Shown in pieces: positions 9,473-18,171 of a stretch of DNA of 64,000 nt (position 1 is the first letter of the stretch; each line of letters starts with the position of its first letter). The stretch is from Bacteroidales bacterium (GTDB lineage Bacteria > Bacteroidota > Bacteroidia > Bacteroidales > UBA10428), in NCBI GenBank assembly GCA_046485045.1, contig JAWOHT010000052.1, positions 726 to 64,725 on the forward strand, in the 5' to 3' direction. Both the position numbers and the translations under genes were made by a program. The notes under the pieces were generated by a model, which saw only the letters and a list, made by a program, of their open reading frames with translations, was not told where the DNA came from and made no database searches.

Positions 9473-9846
9473 AAATTAGGGTTTAATATGAATAAATAAT
9501 ATGGATTTCTTTGCTGTAATGAAGAACTTAGAATTCTCATCCTTTATATTACTACTTTAAAAACACATATGGCAATCTCTATTCTTTTGCCCTAAAAAAT
9601 TCATAAAAAGATATAAAATCTAAGTATATTTAGTTTATATTTAGATAGTTACAAACAAAAGACATATCTAATCTGAATGTAATAATACCTTTTTTTTTCA
9701 TAAAAAAAAAGCCTGTAGGTTTGATTTTACAGCAGAAAAAATATCAAGCGATGGAGGGGGTAATGGTTAAATCACTAACCTATTGGTAGTTTATGTACAG
9801 AAGACGTATATTGAAGGTATGTTATGTAAACAAGTACTTTATTATT

Positions 9847-9964
9847 GGTTCTAAGAAAACGCCAATTACTGCGTTATGCTCATCTTTCAAGTCAGTCACT
9901 TACTTTAGTAAACTCCTGACTTTCAAGACTCGCAAGTCTTGTTTTTGACGCTTTCTTAGAAGCC
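9847..9964 (+). other. 118-nt structured element bounded by imperfect inverted repeats (candidate sRNA 3' domain or MITE-like element)
   Basis: GGTTCTAAGAAAACG (9847-9861) pairs with CGCTTTCTTAGAAGCC (9949-9964): 14 pairs, one bulge, one mismatch. Inside are hairpin AAGTCAG/CTGACTT (9889-9922) and hairpin CAAGACT-CGCA-AGTCTTG (9924-9941), the latter followed by TTTTT. Confidence 0.4.
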
Positions 9965-10017
9965 ACTTCTGAAGAAGAAAAGTTTTCTTGGAAACACTAA
10001 TTAAACGAAATTGAGAT

Positions 10018-11241
10018 TTAATTTATGAATGTCAGTGCTTTTCCTGTTTTTCCTGCACGTCCTGTGCGTCCGATACGATGGATATAGCTGTCGTAATTCT
10101 GTGGTACCTGGTAATTGATAACATGTGTTATGTCTTTTACATCTATACCCCTGGCAGCTACATCGGTAGCAACCAGTACCTGAATTTCGCCATGTTTAAA
10201 TTTATCGAGTGCATGCTGCCTGCTCCGCTGTGATTTTTCGCCATGTATCTGTTCTGCCAGAATGCCCGATTTTTTAAGTTTTATACATAGTTGGTCAACC
10301 CTTCTCCTGGTTTCGGTAAAAAGCAATACTTTTCCGAAATCATCTTTTTCAAGCATTCCAAGCAAAATCCTGAATTTATCTTCATCTTTTCCTACTCGTA
10401 TAATATCCTGCTCAACCGATTCGGCTGCCGATTTGCCGCTACTCACTTTAATTTCAACAGGATCGGTAAGTATTGAAGAAATCAGCGGTTGCTGCGATTT
10501 GTCAATGGTTGCAGAAAACAACATGGTTTGTTTGCGGTTAACCATTGCGCCGATAATCTTCTTCATATCATCAATAAAACCCATATCAAGCATTCTGTCG
10601 AATTCGTCAAGAACCAGCACGGTAAAGCTCTTTAACTGAAGTACATTCTTATTCTCCAGGTCGAGCAAGCGTCCGGGTGTACCTACGATAAGGTGATTAT
10701 GTTTTCTTAATTTCTGCAAATCATTGTTAATGCTGACACCCCCGATAAAACAAGCACTGTAAAGACCAAGCCCCGCAGTCATACTCCTGAACTCCTGTTC
10801 AACCTGTCCGGCCAGTTCACGGGTGGGAACTATTACCAGTGCTTTCAGCATATTTTTATTAACCAGCAGACGATCAATGATCGGAATTAAAAATGCTGCT
10901 GTTTTTCCAGTACCGGTTTGTGCAATTCCAAGTAAATCTTTGCCTTCAAAAAGTGTTTCAAGGCTCCTGTCTTGTATTTCGGTAGGTATTACATAACCTT
11001 TTTTTGTGAGGTTCGCTTTTAATTTGGGGTTAATCGGCATCTGACTGATTGTTCTGCCGGGTTCAAATTTGTTTTCTGTTTTTTCGAAAGCCTTTTTTAC
11101 AAAAACAGAAGGATCAAAAGCAAACCTGCTTTTTGCCTTTTCCCTGTTTCGGTTCTGAAATGTTGGTTTTGCCTGGTTGTTGCCAGTTTTGAATTTCTTA
11201 CTGTCTTTTCTTCTTTTTTGAAAATTGTCCTGATTGCTCAT
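10018..11241 (-). CDS. DEAD-box ATP-dependent RNA helicase (motif II is DEFD)
   Basis: 407 aa. Motifs: Q motif region GYVIPTEIQ, AQTGTGKT, PTRELA, VLDEFD, SAT, HRIGRTGRAG. About 85 aa of basic N-terminal extension. Confidence 0.9.
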   Translation of the reverse strand: MSNQDNFQKRRKDSKKFKTGNNQAKPTFQNRNREKAKSRFAFDPSVFVKKAFEKTENKFEPGRTISQMPINPKLKANLTKKGYVIPTEIQDRSLETLFEGKDLLGIAQTGTGKTAAFLIPIIDRLLVNKNMLKALVIVPTRELAGQVEQEFRSMTAGLGLYSACFIGGVSINNDLQKLRKHNHLIVGTPGRLLDLENKNVLQLKSFTVLVLDEFDRMLDMGFIDDMKKIIGAMVNRKQTMLFSATIDKSQQPLISSILTDPVEIKVSSGKSAAESVEQDIIRVGKDEDKFRILLGMLEKDDFGKVLLFTETRRRVDQLCIKLKKSGILAEQIHGEKSQRSRQHALDKFKHGEIQVLVATDVAARGIDVKDITHVINYQVPQNYDSYIHRIGRTGRAGKTGKALTFIN

Positions 11242-11603
11242 TTTAAAATGTAGTAAATTAATAATATTTATTATTATGGATTGCAGTTAAAGATGAGCCA
11301 TCTTTAAAGAGGTTTATAAAGACAGAAATTAGTGTTTTCCGGCGATTGTAAAACCTGAATAGTTGTTCATCATTATATTTTTGTCAAATTTTAGGGAATT
11401 TTTCTGCTAAGTTTCAGCGTTTTATTACCGAAATATTAGAAATGACAAAAACTCACAACTGAAAATAAGACAATATGCAATAGCATAACGGGGCGCAAAG
11501 GTATACTATTTTTATTCTAAATCATTATTTTTTGTTAAATATTTATTTGATTATCAAAGTTTGGTATAATGAGTCGTCTCGAATGTATATGTGCCCCGGT
11601 TGC

Positions 11604-11710
11604 GAAGAGGCTGTTTTATAAGGGATTAAAGTCGTTCACTTATCGACTCCGCTCAGTGTAGCAAGTGTCTGTTAATTTTATGTGTGGTTGAGCGAAGTCG
11701 AAGCCTCTTT
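11604..11710. repeat. Nested inverted repeats downstream of asnA
   Basis: Outer arms GAAGAGGCT (11604-11612) and AGCCTCTTT (11702-11710). Inner arms CGACTCCGCTCA (11644-11655) and TGAGCGAAGTCG (11689-11700), 11 of 12 paired. Confidence 0.5.
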
Positions 11711-11727
11711 ATTATTACAGGTATATC

Positions 11728-12768
11728 TTACACAAGAAATATGTTATTTTTTTTGCACTGTTCAATCATCTCCCCTGACCAGATGCTTGATTGAATCTCA
11801 CCGATATGCGCTTTTTTAAGGTAATACATACAAATTCTCGATTGCCCGAGACCGCCACCGATAGAGAGCGGAAGCTCATTATTTAAAAGCCGTTTGTGAA
11901 ATAGCATTTCTTTACGGTTGGTAGTGTTGGTTATTTCGAGCTGGTGAAGAAGGGTTTCCCTGTCAACCCTTATGCCCATAGAAGAGATTTCGAAGGCTGA
12001 TTCGAGTACCGGGTTCCAAAGAAGTATATCCCCGTTGAGCCCTTTGTATCCAGAGCGGGTCGGAGTGGTCCAGTCGTCATAGTCGGGCGCCCGGCCGTCG
12101 TGAGGATTTCCGTCGCCCAGCGGGCCTCCGATGCCGATAACGAATACAGCGCCATATTTTTTAACCGCCTCGAGTTCACGCTCTTTTGGGGTGAGTTTAG
12201 GATATTGTACCTGTAACTCTTCAGCATGAAGAAAAGTGACCTCATCGGGGAGAATTGGCTCAATCTTCGGATAGTGTTCGTATATCACAAACTCGGTGCG
12301 TTTTAAAACTTCATATATTTTGCGTACTATATATTTCAGGAATTCAAGGTTTCTCTCGGATTCGCTTATTACCAGTTCCCAGTCCCACTGGTCAACATAG
12401 AGCGAATGAATATTGTCAAGATCTTCATCGGGCCTAATGGCGTTCATATCGGTATAAATACCGTACCCATTTTCGATTCCATAATCGGCAAGCGCCATTC
12501 TTTTCCATTTAGCAAGTGAATTTACCACTTCTGCCGTATGGTCGTTCATATCTTTTATCGGAAAGGTAACTTTGCGCTCCACCCCGCTCAAATCATCGTT
12601 AATGCCGGTACCCTTCAGCACAAAAAGCGGTGCGGTTACCCTTCGCAGCCTGAGTTCAGACGATAGGTTTTGCTGAAATGTGTCTTTTACAAGCTTTATC
12701 GCTTTTTCTGTTTCTTTAAGGTTAAGAAGGCTATGGTAGTTACTTGGGTAAATAAGTTGTTTGCTCAT
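11728..12768 (-). CDS. asnA: Aspartate--ammonia ligase (asparagine synthetase A)
   Basis: 346 aa. The N-terminus ...LNLKETEKAIKLVKDTFQQNLSSELRLRRVTAPLFV and the class-II aaRS-like core are typical of AsnA. Confidence 0.9.
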   Translation of the reverse strand: MSKQLIYPSNYHSLLNLKETEKAIKLVKDTFQQNLSSELRLRRVTAPLFVLKGTGINDDLSGVERKVTFPIKDMNDHTAEVVNSLAKWKRMALADYGIENGYGIYTDMNAIRPDEDLDNIHSLYVDQWDWELVISESERNLEFLKYIVRKIYEVLKRTEFVIYEHYPKIEPILPDEVTFLHAEELQVQYPKLTPKERELEAVKKYGAVFVIGIGGPLGDGNPHDGRAPDYDDWTTPTRSGYKGLNGDILLWNPVLESAFEISSMGIRVDRETLLHQLEITNTTNRKEMLFHKRLLNNELPLSIGGGLGQSRICMYYLKKAHIGEIQSSIWSGEMIEQCKKNNIFLV

Positions 12769-13231
12769 GAGATATTTTTTTTATTTTTTATGCTGTTATT
12801 CTAAAAACATTTAAACCATGTGAACCTGAGAAGGGAAAATGAATTTTAAATACTGAAAGTAAATGGCTGAGAATAACATAAGATGCATGAACTGCACGGT
12901 CATGCACCTTACAATTTTTTTAAACAAAAACACGCCCTGTATTACCCAGGTCCATAATCCCTTTAACTATGAAAAACTTTTGCCCGCTAAACAAGTATTT
13001 TGCCTTTAAAAATTTACTTGTTGTAAGCTTTTTTTAATTTTTTTAGCAAAATCATTAACTTTTTAATATATTTTGCCAGTTTTTGTTAAAAATTTAAATC
13101 AGGACAAATCTATTAAATTATTGAATATTTCCAAAATAATTTTATTTTATGCTGCCAAATTAATAATATTGCTTACAAATTATAATTTAAATAGGGTTTT
13201 TAATTAAAATATAAAGCTTTTTAAAAAAGAT

Positions 13232-13699
13232 ATGAAAAATAACTTTCAAATTGATAGTCTTGACAGAAAGATACTTGAGATGCTCATCAAAGATGCAAGG
13301 GTACCATTTCTTGAAGTAGCGAGAGAATGTGGTGTTTCGGGCGCAGCCATTCATCAGCGTGTACAAAGGTTGATAAGGCTTGGTATCATTTCGGGCAGCC
13401 AGTTTAATCTTGAACCTAAAAAACTGGGGTATTATACCTGTGCCTATATTGGTATTTACCTCGACAATGCCGGGTTGTTCAACGATGTTTCGGGAAAATT
13501 GTTAAAGATATCAGAGATCGTACAATGTCATTATACTACGGGGCAGTATTCGATGTTCCTGAAAGTGTATGCCAAAGACAATGAACACCTTAAAAGGATT
13601 CTTTCTGATAAAATACAGGCGATAAAAGGAATATCAAGAACCGAAACGTTCATTTCGCTTGATGTACTGGTAGACAGACAATTGCCTGTTATAGAGTGA
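13232..13699 (+). CDS. Lrp/AsnC family transcriptional regulator
   Basis: 155 aa. N-terminal HTH (LDRKILEMLIKDARVPFLEVARECGVSGAAIHQRVQRL) plus a C-terminal RAM/AsnC-type ligand domain. Divergent from asnA. Confidence 0.85.
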   Translation: MKNNFQIDSLDRKILEMLIKDARVPFLEVARECGVSGAAIHQRVQRLIRLGIISGSQFNLEPKKLGYYTCAYIGIYLDNAGLFNDVSGKLLKISEIVQCHYTTGQYSMFLKVYAKDNEHLKRILSDKIQAIKGISRTETFISLDVLVDRQLPVIE

Positions 13700-13707
13700 T
13701 TGCCGGT

Positions 13708-14520
13708 TTAAGCCGGTACTGCAAAGTTTCTTTGCCGCACAGCCTCGTAAAGGATTATCGCTGTTGCCACACTTACATTGAGAGATTCTATTGTTCCAAA
13801 CATTGGTATTTTTACCAGGGTATCCATAAGCTTTAATACCGGCTTTGACAATCCTGTGTCTTCTGCGCCCACCACAAGTGCGCATGGCGACGTATAATCG
13901 GTCTGGAAGCATGAAACTGCTGCTTTTTCTGTGGCGCCTGTAAGTGTAAGGCCGCTGTTTCGCATATATTTAAGGGTTTCAGCCATATCTGCAACTTTGC
14001 ACACTGGAATGTTATGCAGGGCGCCTGCTGAAGTTTTTATGGCATCGGCATTTACCGAAACCGACCCTTTTGAAGGCAATACAATGGCATCTGCCCCCGC
14101 GCATTCGGCGGTACGGGCAATGGCACCAAAGTTTCTTACATCGGTTATCCCGTCAAGCACAAGAACGAGGGGGTTTTTTCCCTGTTCAAATACAAAGGGG
14201 ATGATCTCTTCGACCCTGGAATATTCTATAGAGGAAAGAAAAGCAATAATTCCCTGGTGGCTACCGCCTGTGAGGTGGTTAAGCTTTTCAACCGGCACAT
14301 ATTGCACCTGTATCTCCCGAAGCCTTGCCTGTCTTATCATCTCATCCAAAGGTTGGCCGGCTGCCCCTTTCCTTACCATGATCTTATCAATCACCGTGTC
14401 GGAACGTAAAGCCTCTGAAACAGCTTGAATTCCATATGAGATGTTTTTTTTCATACTTTTCTGTACATCCTGATTGTTTGTACGATCAGGCTTGAAGATT
14501 TTTTTTAGTTCTTTTTGCAT
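13708..14520 (-). CDS. rlmB: 23S rRNA 2'-O-ribose methyltransferase, SpoU/TrmH family (RlmB-like)
   Basis: 270 aa with a SpoU substrate-binding N-domain and SPOUT motifs (LDGITDVRNFGAIARTAECAGA, VVGAEDTGLS, IPMFGTIESLNVSVA). An internal Met at 14454 is an alternative start. Confidence 0.8.
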   Translation of the reverse strand: MQKELKKIFKPDRTNNQDVQKSMKKNISYGIQAVSEALRSDTVIDKIMVRKGAAGQPLDEMIRQARLREIQVQYVPVEKLNHLTGGSHQGIIAFLSSIEYSRVEEIIPFVFEQGKNPLVLVLDGITDVRNFGAIARTAECAGADAIVLPSKGSVSVNADAIKTSAGALHNIPVCKVADMAETLKYMRNSGLTLTGATEKAAVSCFQTDYTSPCALVVGAEDTGLSKPVLKLMDTLVKIPMFGTIESLNVSVATAIILYEAVRQRNFAVPA

Positions 14521-14605
14521 AATAAATCAGGTTTCGTTCGCACCCGGTTTTTAACCGGAAGATAAGATTTTGTTTGTATTATCAATAATTCTTGCGGGCA
14601 ATGAA

Positions 14606-15958
14606 TTAATCAAGCATAAATACACTGCCGTTTCTCCATGTATCAATGGCCTGTTTCCAATGGCCTTCGCTGCTTTCAGAACGTTCAAGAAGGTAATGGT
14701 TTTCGGCGTATGGAGAAGCTACATGACTGAAAATAAATGTAACATTAGAACCAGAGCTTTTTTTGAAGTAAACCCATCGTTCTTTGTTGTTGTCAACATA
14801 TATGGCCTGGGGGGGGCCGTAAATAATAAAGATCATTCCCCTGTCGGTAAGCCAGCCTGGTTTAAACGAGGTAAAATAATAATTTGAAAAGAATACGCGG
14901 GTATAGAAAATTCTTATAAGTTCTCTTGCGCGTTCTGTCCCGTCTGCATTGTCAAGCCAGAATTCATCTACTGCAAATTTCTTGTTCGTGGCTTTTTTAA
15001 TCCTTTCATACTCGGCATAAGTGGCAATGTACTCGATTGGCTGCACCATCTCTGCCGAGTTTTTTATGCGGGGAAAATTACCTCCGAAATTTAGCACTGT
15101 CAATCCCGCTTTAACTGCTGTATCAAACTGAAAGAAATAGATGCCTTCGTAAGCAAGCTGATAGGATATATCGGGGCTATAGGGCATAATCCATAAACTA
15201 TCGGGGTTGCTGAGGTAAATATTTTCTCTGTAACTCGTAAACGAGGGTTTTGGCAGCGGCACCTCCTTTCCGTAATACGACACAAAAACTTTCTTATGTT
15301 TTGCCGGGTTGTTGTACAGTATCCTGAACATGCTTTTGCCAAGCACATAGGGCGCAAAATAGGGAAGGCCTGACTTCTCTTCCCTGATCATGAAGTTCTG
15401 TTGAGACAAGGTAGTGCGTTTGTCGACATAGATGTGCCTTATCACCTCTTCTCTCCTGATAAGGTCCATGGCCTGAATTTTCAACTGATAAAGTTTGCCG
15501 GGCACGGCCCTGAGCAATATCTCTTTTACAGCCCTTTGTTCGGGGGTGTCGCGCAAAAAAGTATAAGTCACAGAACCACTGTCTGCCATTACATCTTCAG
15601 TGGGTTTTACAATTTCGTAAAGATGATAATTTACCCTAAAGGAAGCCTTGTATAAACCTTCGGGATTGGCCTGGCTGTAAAGGAGCTCTTTGGGAAAAAT
15701 CTTTACAAAAAGGGTAGAGGTATTTTCATCATTGTGGTATACCGAAAAGGCCGGGTGTATTTTTGAGCTCGACGGGTTATAGATTTTGGCTACATTTTTC
15801 TCTTTTACAGTATTCACAGGGGCCGAACATGTAATGAAAAGCAGGAAAATTACCGCTGGCGCTGCAACGCGGGGAAGTTTAATTATACCATATAATGATT
15901 GGTTATTTTGCATGCGATAAAGGTAATTATTTTCCTTTGTTTGTGCTATATTTTTCAA
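14606..15958 (-). CDS. GWxTD domain-containing protein, probable lipoprotein
   Basis: 450 aa. The signal peptide has Cys (LLFITCSAP). The C-terminal motif is GWLTDRGMIFIIYGPP. Confidence 0.75.
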   Translation of the reverse strand: MKNIAQTKENNYLYRMQNNQSLYGIIKLPRVAAPAVIFLLFITCSAPVNTVKEKNVAKIYNPSSSKIHPAFSVYHNDENTSTLFVKIFPKELLYSQANPEGLYKASFRVNYHLYEIVKPTEDVMADSGSVTYTFLRDTPEQRAVKEILLRAVPGKLYQLKIQAMDLIRREEVIRHIYVDKRTTLSQQNFMIREEKSGLPYFAPYVLGKSMFRILYNNPAKHKKVFVSYYGKEVPLPKPSFTSYRENIYLSNPDSLWIMPYSPDISYQLAYEGIYFFQFDTAVKAGLTVLNFGGNFPRIKNSAEMVQPIEYIATYAEYERIKKATNKKFAVDEFWLDNADGTERARELIRIFYTRVFFSNYYFTSFKPGWLTDRGMIFIIYGPPQAIYVDNNKERWVYFKKSSGSNVTFIFSHVASPYAENHYLLERSESSEGHWKQAIDTWRNGSVFMLD

Positions 15959-16010
15959 AGTTGGTGACTGACTTCCTGCCGTCTGGAGGCTGTCTGAAAA
16001 GTCCTCCTGG

Positions 16011-16074
16011 CGAAAATTCCTGAGAAAGCCAGCCTGAATATTCCAGTCGGGCAGGCAGGAAATTCTTAATAAAC
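16011..16074 (+). repeat. REP-like intergenic element, copy A
   Basis: 64 nt, 50 of 64 identical without gaps to 49265-49328 in the same orientation. Contains the internal inverted repeat TTCCTG (16017-16022) / CAGGAA (16056-16061). Confidence 0.7.
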
Positions 16075-16166
16075 ATTAACTCTTATAATTAAAAGATTAA
16101 CTTATCGCGTTTGGGATGAGCATTTTAAGAATTTTAAGACAACCTCGATTGGGGACGCTCATCATT

Positions 16167-18125
16167 TTATTCAGGTTTGCTACGTTTCTTAATCAGCGAT
16201 TCAAGTTCCATATGCACTTTTTCCCAGTTCCACATCTCATTGGTCAGGCATTTTTTCAATTCTTCATAATCTCTATAAAAATCAGGACTGTTAATGAGCT
16301 CGTGGTTTGAAGAAGGGTCTGCAACAATTATCTCTGTTTCGGCAATTTTTTTCTCAATTACGCTGATTTTATTTTCAACCGTGTTCACCTGGTTGGTCAC
16401 TCTGCGAATTTCACGCTCAAGATTTTTCCTGTCGGCGTATTCTGTTTTCACCGCATTGGTTATGTTTATCCTGACTGATTTATCCGGCGGGTTTTTTATT
16501 TCAAGGTCGCGTAACGAAGAAATCTTTTTTTTCTTCAGGAAATCGTAAATACCTCCCAGGTGTTCGGCAATTTTTCTGTTCCTGAATTCATAGATTTTTG
16601 TCACCAGCCCGTCAAGGAACTCCCTGTCGTGCGAAACCAGGATAAGGGTGCCGTTATATTTCAGCAATGCCTGTTTCAGTACATCTTTCGAACGCATATC
16701 AAGGTGGTTGGTGGGCTCATCGAGTACAAGCAGGTTGTATGGTTCGAGCAGCAGCCTGGCAATAGACAGCCTTGAACGTTCACCACCCGAAAGCACCTTT
16801 ACTTTCTTATCTACATCTTCTCCACTGAAAAGAAATGCACCCAGGATATCCCTTATTTTCGGGCGGATATCCCCAACAGCAATATCATCTATTGTTTTCA
16901 GCACCGTTTTTTCGCCATCGAGCAGTTCATCCTGGTTTTGGGCAAAATAACCAAGGTTCACGTTATGGCCTGTTTTTCTTGTCCCCGTGTAATCAAGTTC
17001 ATCTACAATAATTTTGAGCAGCGTAGATTTGCCTTCGCCATTACGACCAACGAAAGCGACCCTTTCGCCGCGCTCAATCACGATATTTACATTTTGCAGC
17101 ACCTGAATGTTGCCATAACTCTTCGAAATGTCAATGCCTTCAAATACAACCGTTCCAGATCGTGGGGCTTCGGGGAATTTGATATTCAATGAAGATGAAT
17201 CTTCTTCTTCTATCTCGATGGGATCAATCTTTTCAAGTTGTTTAATACGCGACTGAACCTGTACGGCTTTGGTAGCTTTATACCTGAACCTTTCTATAAA
17301 ATCTCTGGTTTCTTCGATGGTTTTTTGCTGGTTGCGCCATGTGCTGAGCTGCTGTTCGCGGCGCTCTTTTCTCAGTATAACAAATTGTGAATAAGATACT
17401 TTGTAGTCGTAGATTTTACCTAATGATATTTCAACAGTACGGTTTGTAACATTGTCGAGAAAAGCCCTGTCGTGTGAGATGAGCAACACCGCCCCCGAAT
17501 AATTTTTTAAAAAGTCTTCGAGCCACTGTATAGACTCAATGTCGAGGTGATTGGTAGGCTCATCAAGTAGAAAAACATCGGGCGAGCGCAGGATGATTTT
17601 TGCCAGCTCTATGCGCATGCGCCAGCCACCGCTAAACTCGTGGGTTGCCCGGTGAAAATCTTTCCTTTCAAATCCGAGCCCGATGAGGGTCTTTTCGATA
17701 CCTGCTTCGCGGTTACCACCCCCGAACATATGATACCGGTCGTTTTTCTCGGTGAGTTTTTCAATTAGTTTAAGGTAGTCTTTCGAATCGTAATCTGCCC
17801 TCCCGTCAATTTCGTCTGTAAGTTTTTTAATGTCTTTCTCCAGCCTGTTTATTTCACCGAATGCAAGGCTTACCTCGTCAAAAACAGTGCGGGTGTCTTT
17901 TACAATCATTTCCTGCGGAAGATAGCCCAGGGTAACATCAGGTGGTACCACTACTTCTCCACTGTTGGGTTTTTGCAATCCCATAAATGTTTTGAGGAGC
18001 GTGGTTTTTCCGGCGCCGTTTTTTCCGACAAGTCCTATTTTGTCGCGTTCATTTACCAGGAAAGAGATATTTTTAAAAATATCCTTGCCGTTAAAACTAA
18101 TGCTTAACTGGTCTGCCGAGATCAT
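16167..18125 (-). CDS. ABC-F family ATPase (two ABC domains, no TM domain, C-terminal coiled coil)
   Basis: 652 aa. Walker A motifs GKNGAGKTT and GRNGEGKST. Signature motifs LSGGWRMR and LSGGERSR. Charged helical tail. Confidence 0.9.
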   Translation of the reverse strand: MISADQLSISFNGKDIFKNISFLVNERDKIGLVGKNGAGKTTLLKTFMGLQKPNSGEVVVPPDVTLGYLPQEMIVKDTRTVFDEVSLAFGEINRLEKDIKKLTDEIDGRADYDSKDYLKLIEKLTEKNDRYHMFGGGNREAGIEKTLIGLGFERKDFHRATHEFSGGWRMRIELAKIILRSPDVFLLDEPTNHLDIESIQWLEDFLKNYSGAVLLISHDRAFLDNVTNRTVEISLGKIYDYKVSYSQFVILRKERREQQLSTWRNQQKTIEETRDFIERFRYKATKAVQVQSRIKQLEKIDPIEIEEEDSSSLNIKFPEAPRSGTVVFEGIDISKSYGNIQVLQNVNIVIERGERVAFVGRNGEGKSTLLKIIVDELDYTGTRKTGHNVNLGYFAQNQDELLDGEKTVLKTIDDIAVGDIRPKIRDILGAFLFSGEDVDKKVKVLSGGERSRLSIARLLLEPYNLLVLDEPTNHLDMRSKDVLKQALLKYNGTLILVSHDREFLDGLVTKIYEFRNRKIAEHLGGIYDFLKKKKISSLRDLEIKNPPDKSVRINITNAVKTEYADRKNLEREIRRVTNQVNTVENKISVIEKKIAETEIIVADPSSNHELINSPDFYRDYEELKKCLTNEMWNWEKVHMELESLIKKRSKPE

Positions 18126-18171
18126 TGATTAATACATAATATGGTGAAAAATTTCCAAAGATAATTGAATT

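Noticed and set aside
9889-9899. 11-nt match AAGTCAGTCAC to the reverse complement of 15964-15974
   Set aside because: Many 11-mer matches are expected by chance within a 64-kb window on both strands, and the flanks do not align.
9793-9948. 51-codon plus-strand ORF (MYRRRILKVCYVNKYF...) spanning the structured element
   Set aside because: It is highly basic, its sequence is dictated by the hairpin arms, and it has no homolog that I recognise. It is kept only as an alternative reading in the finding.
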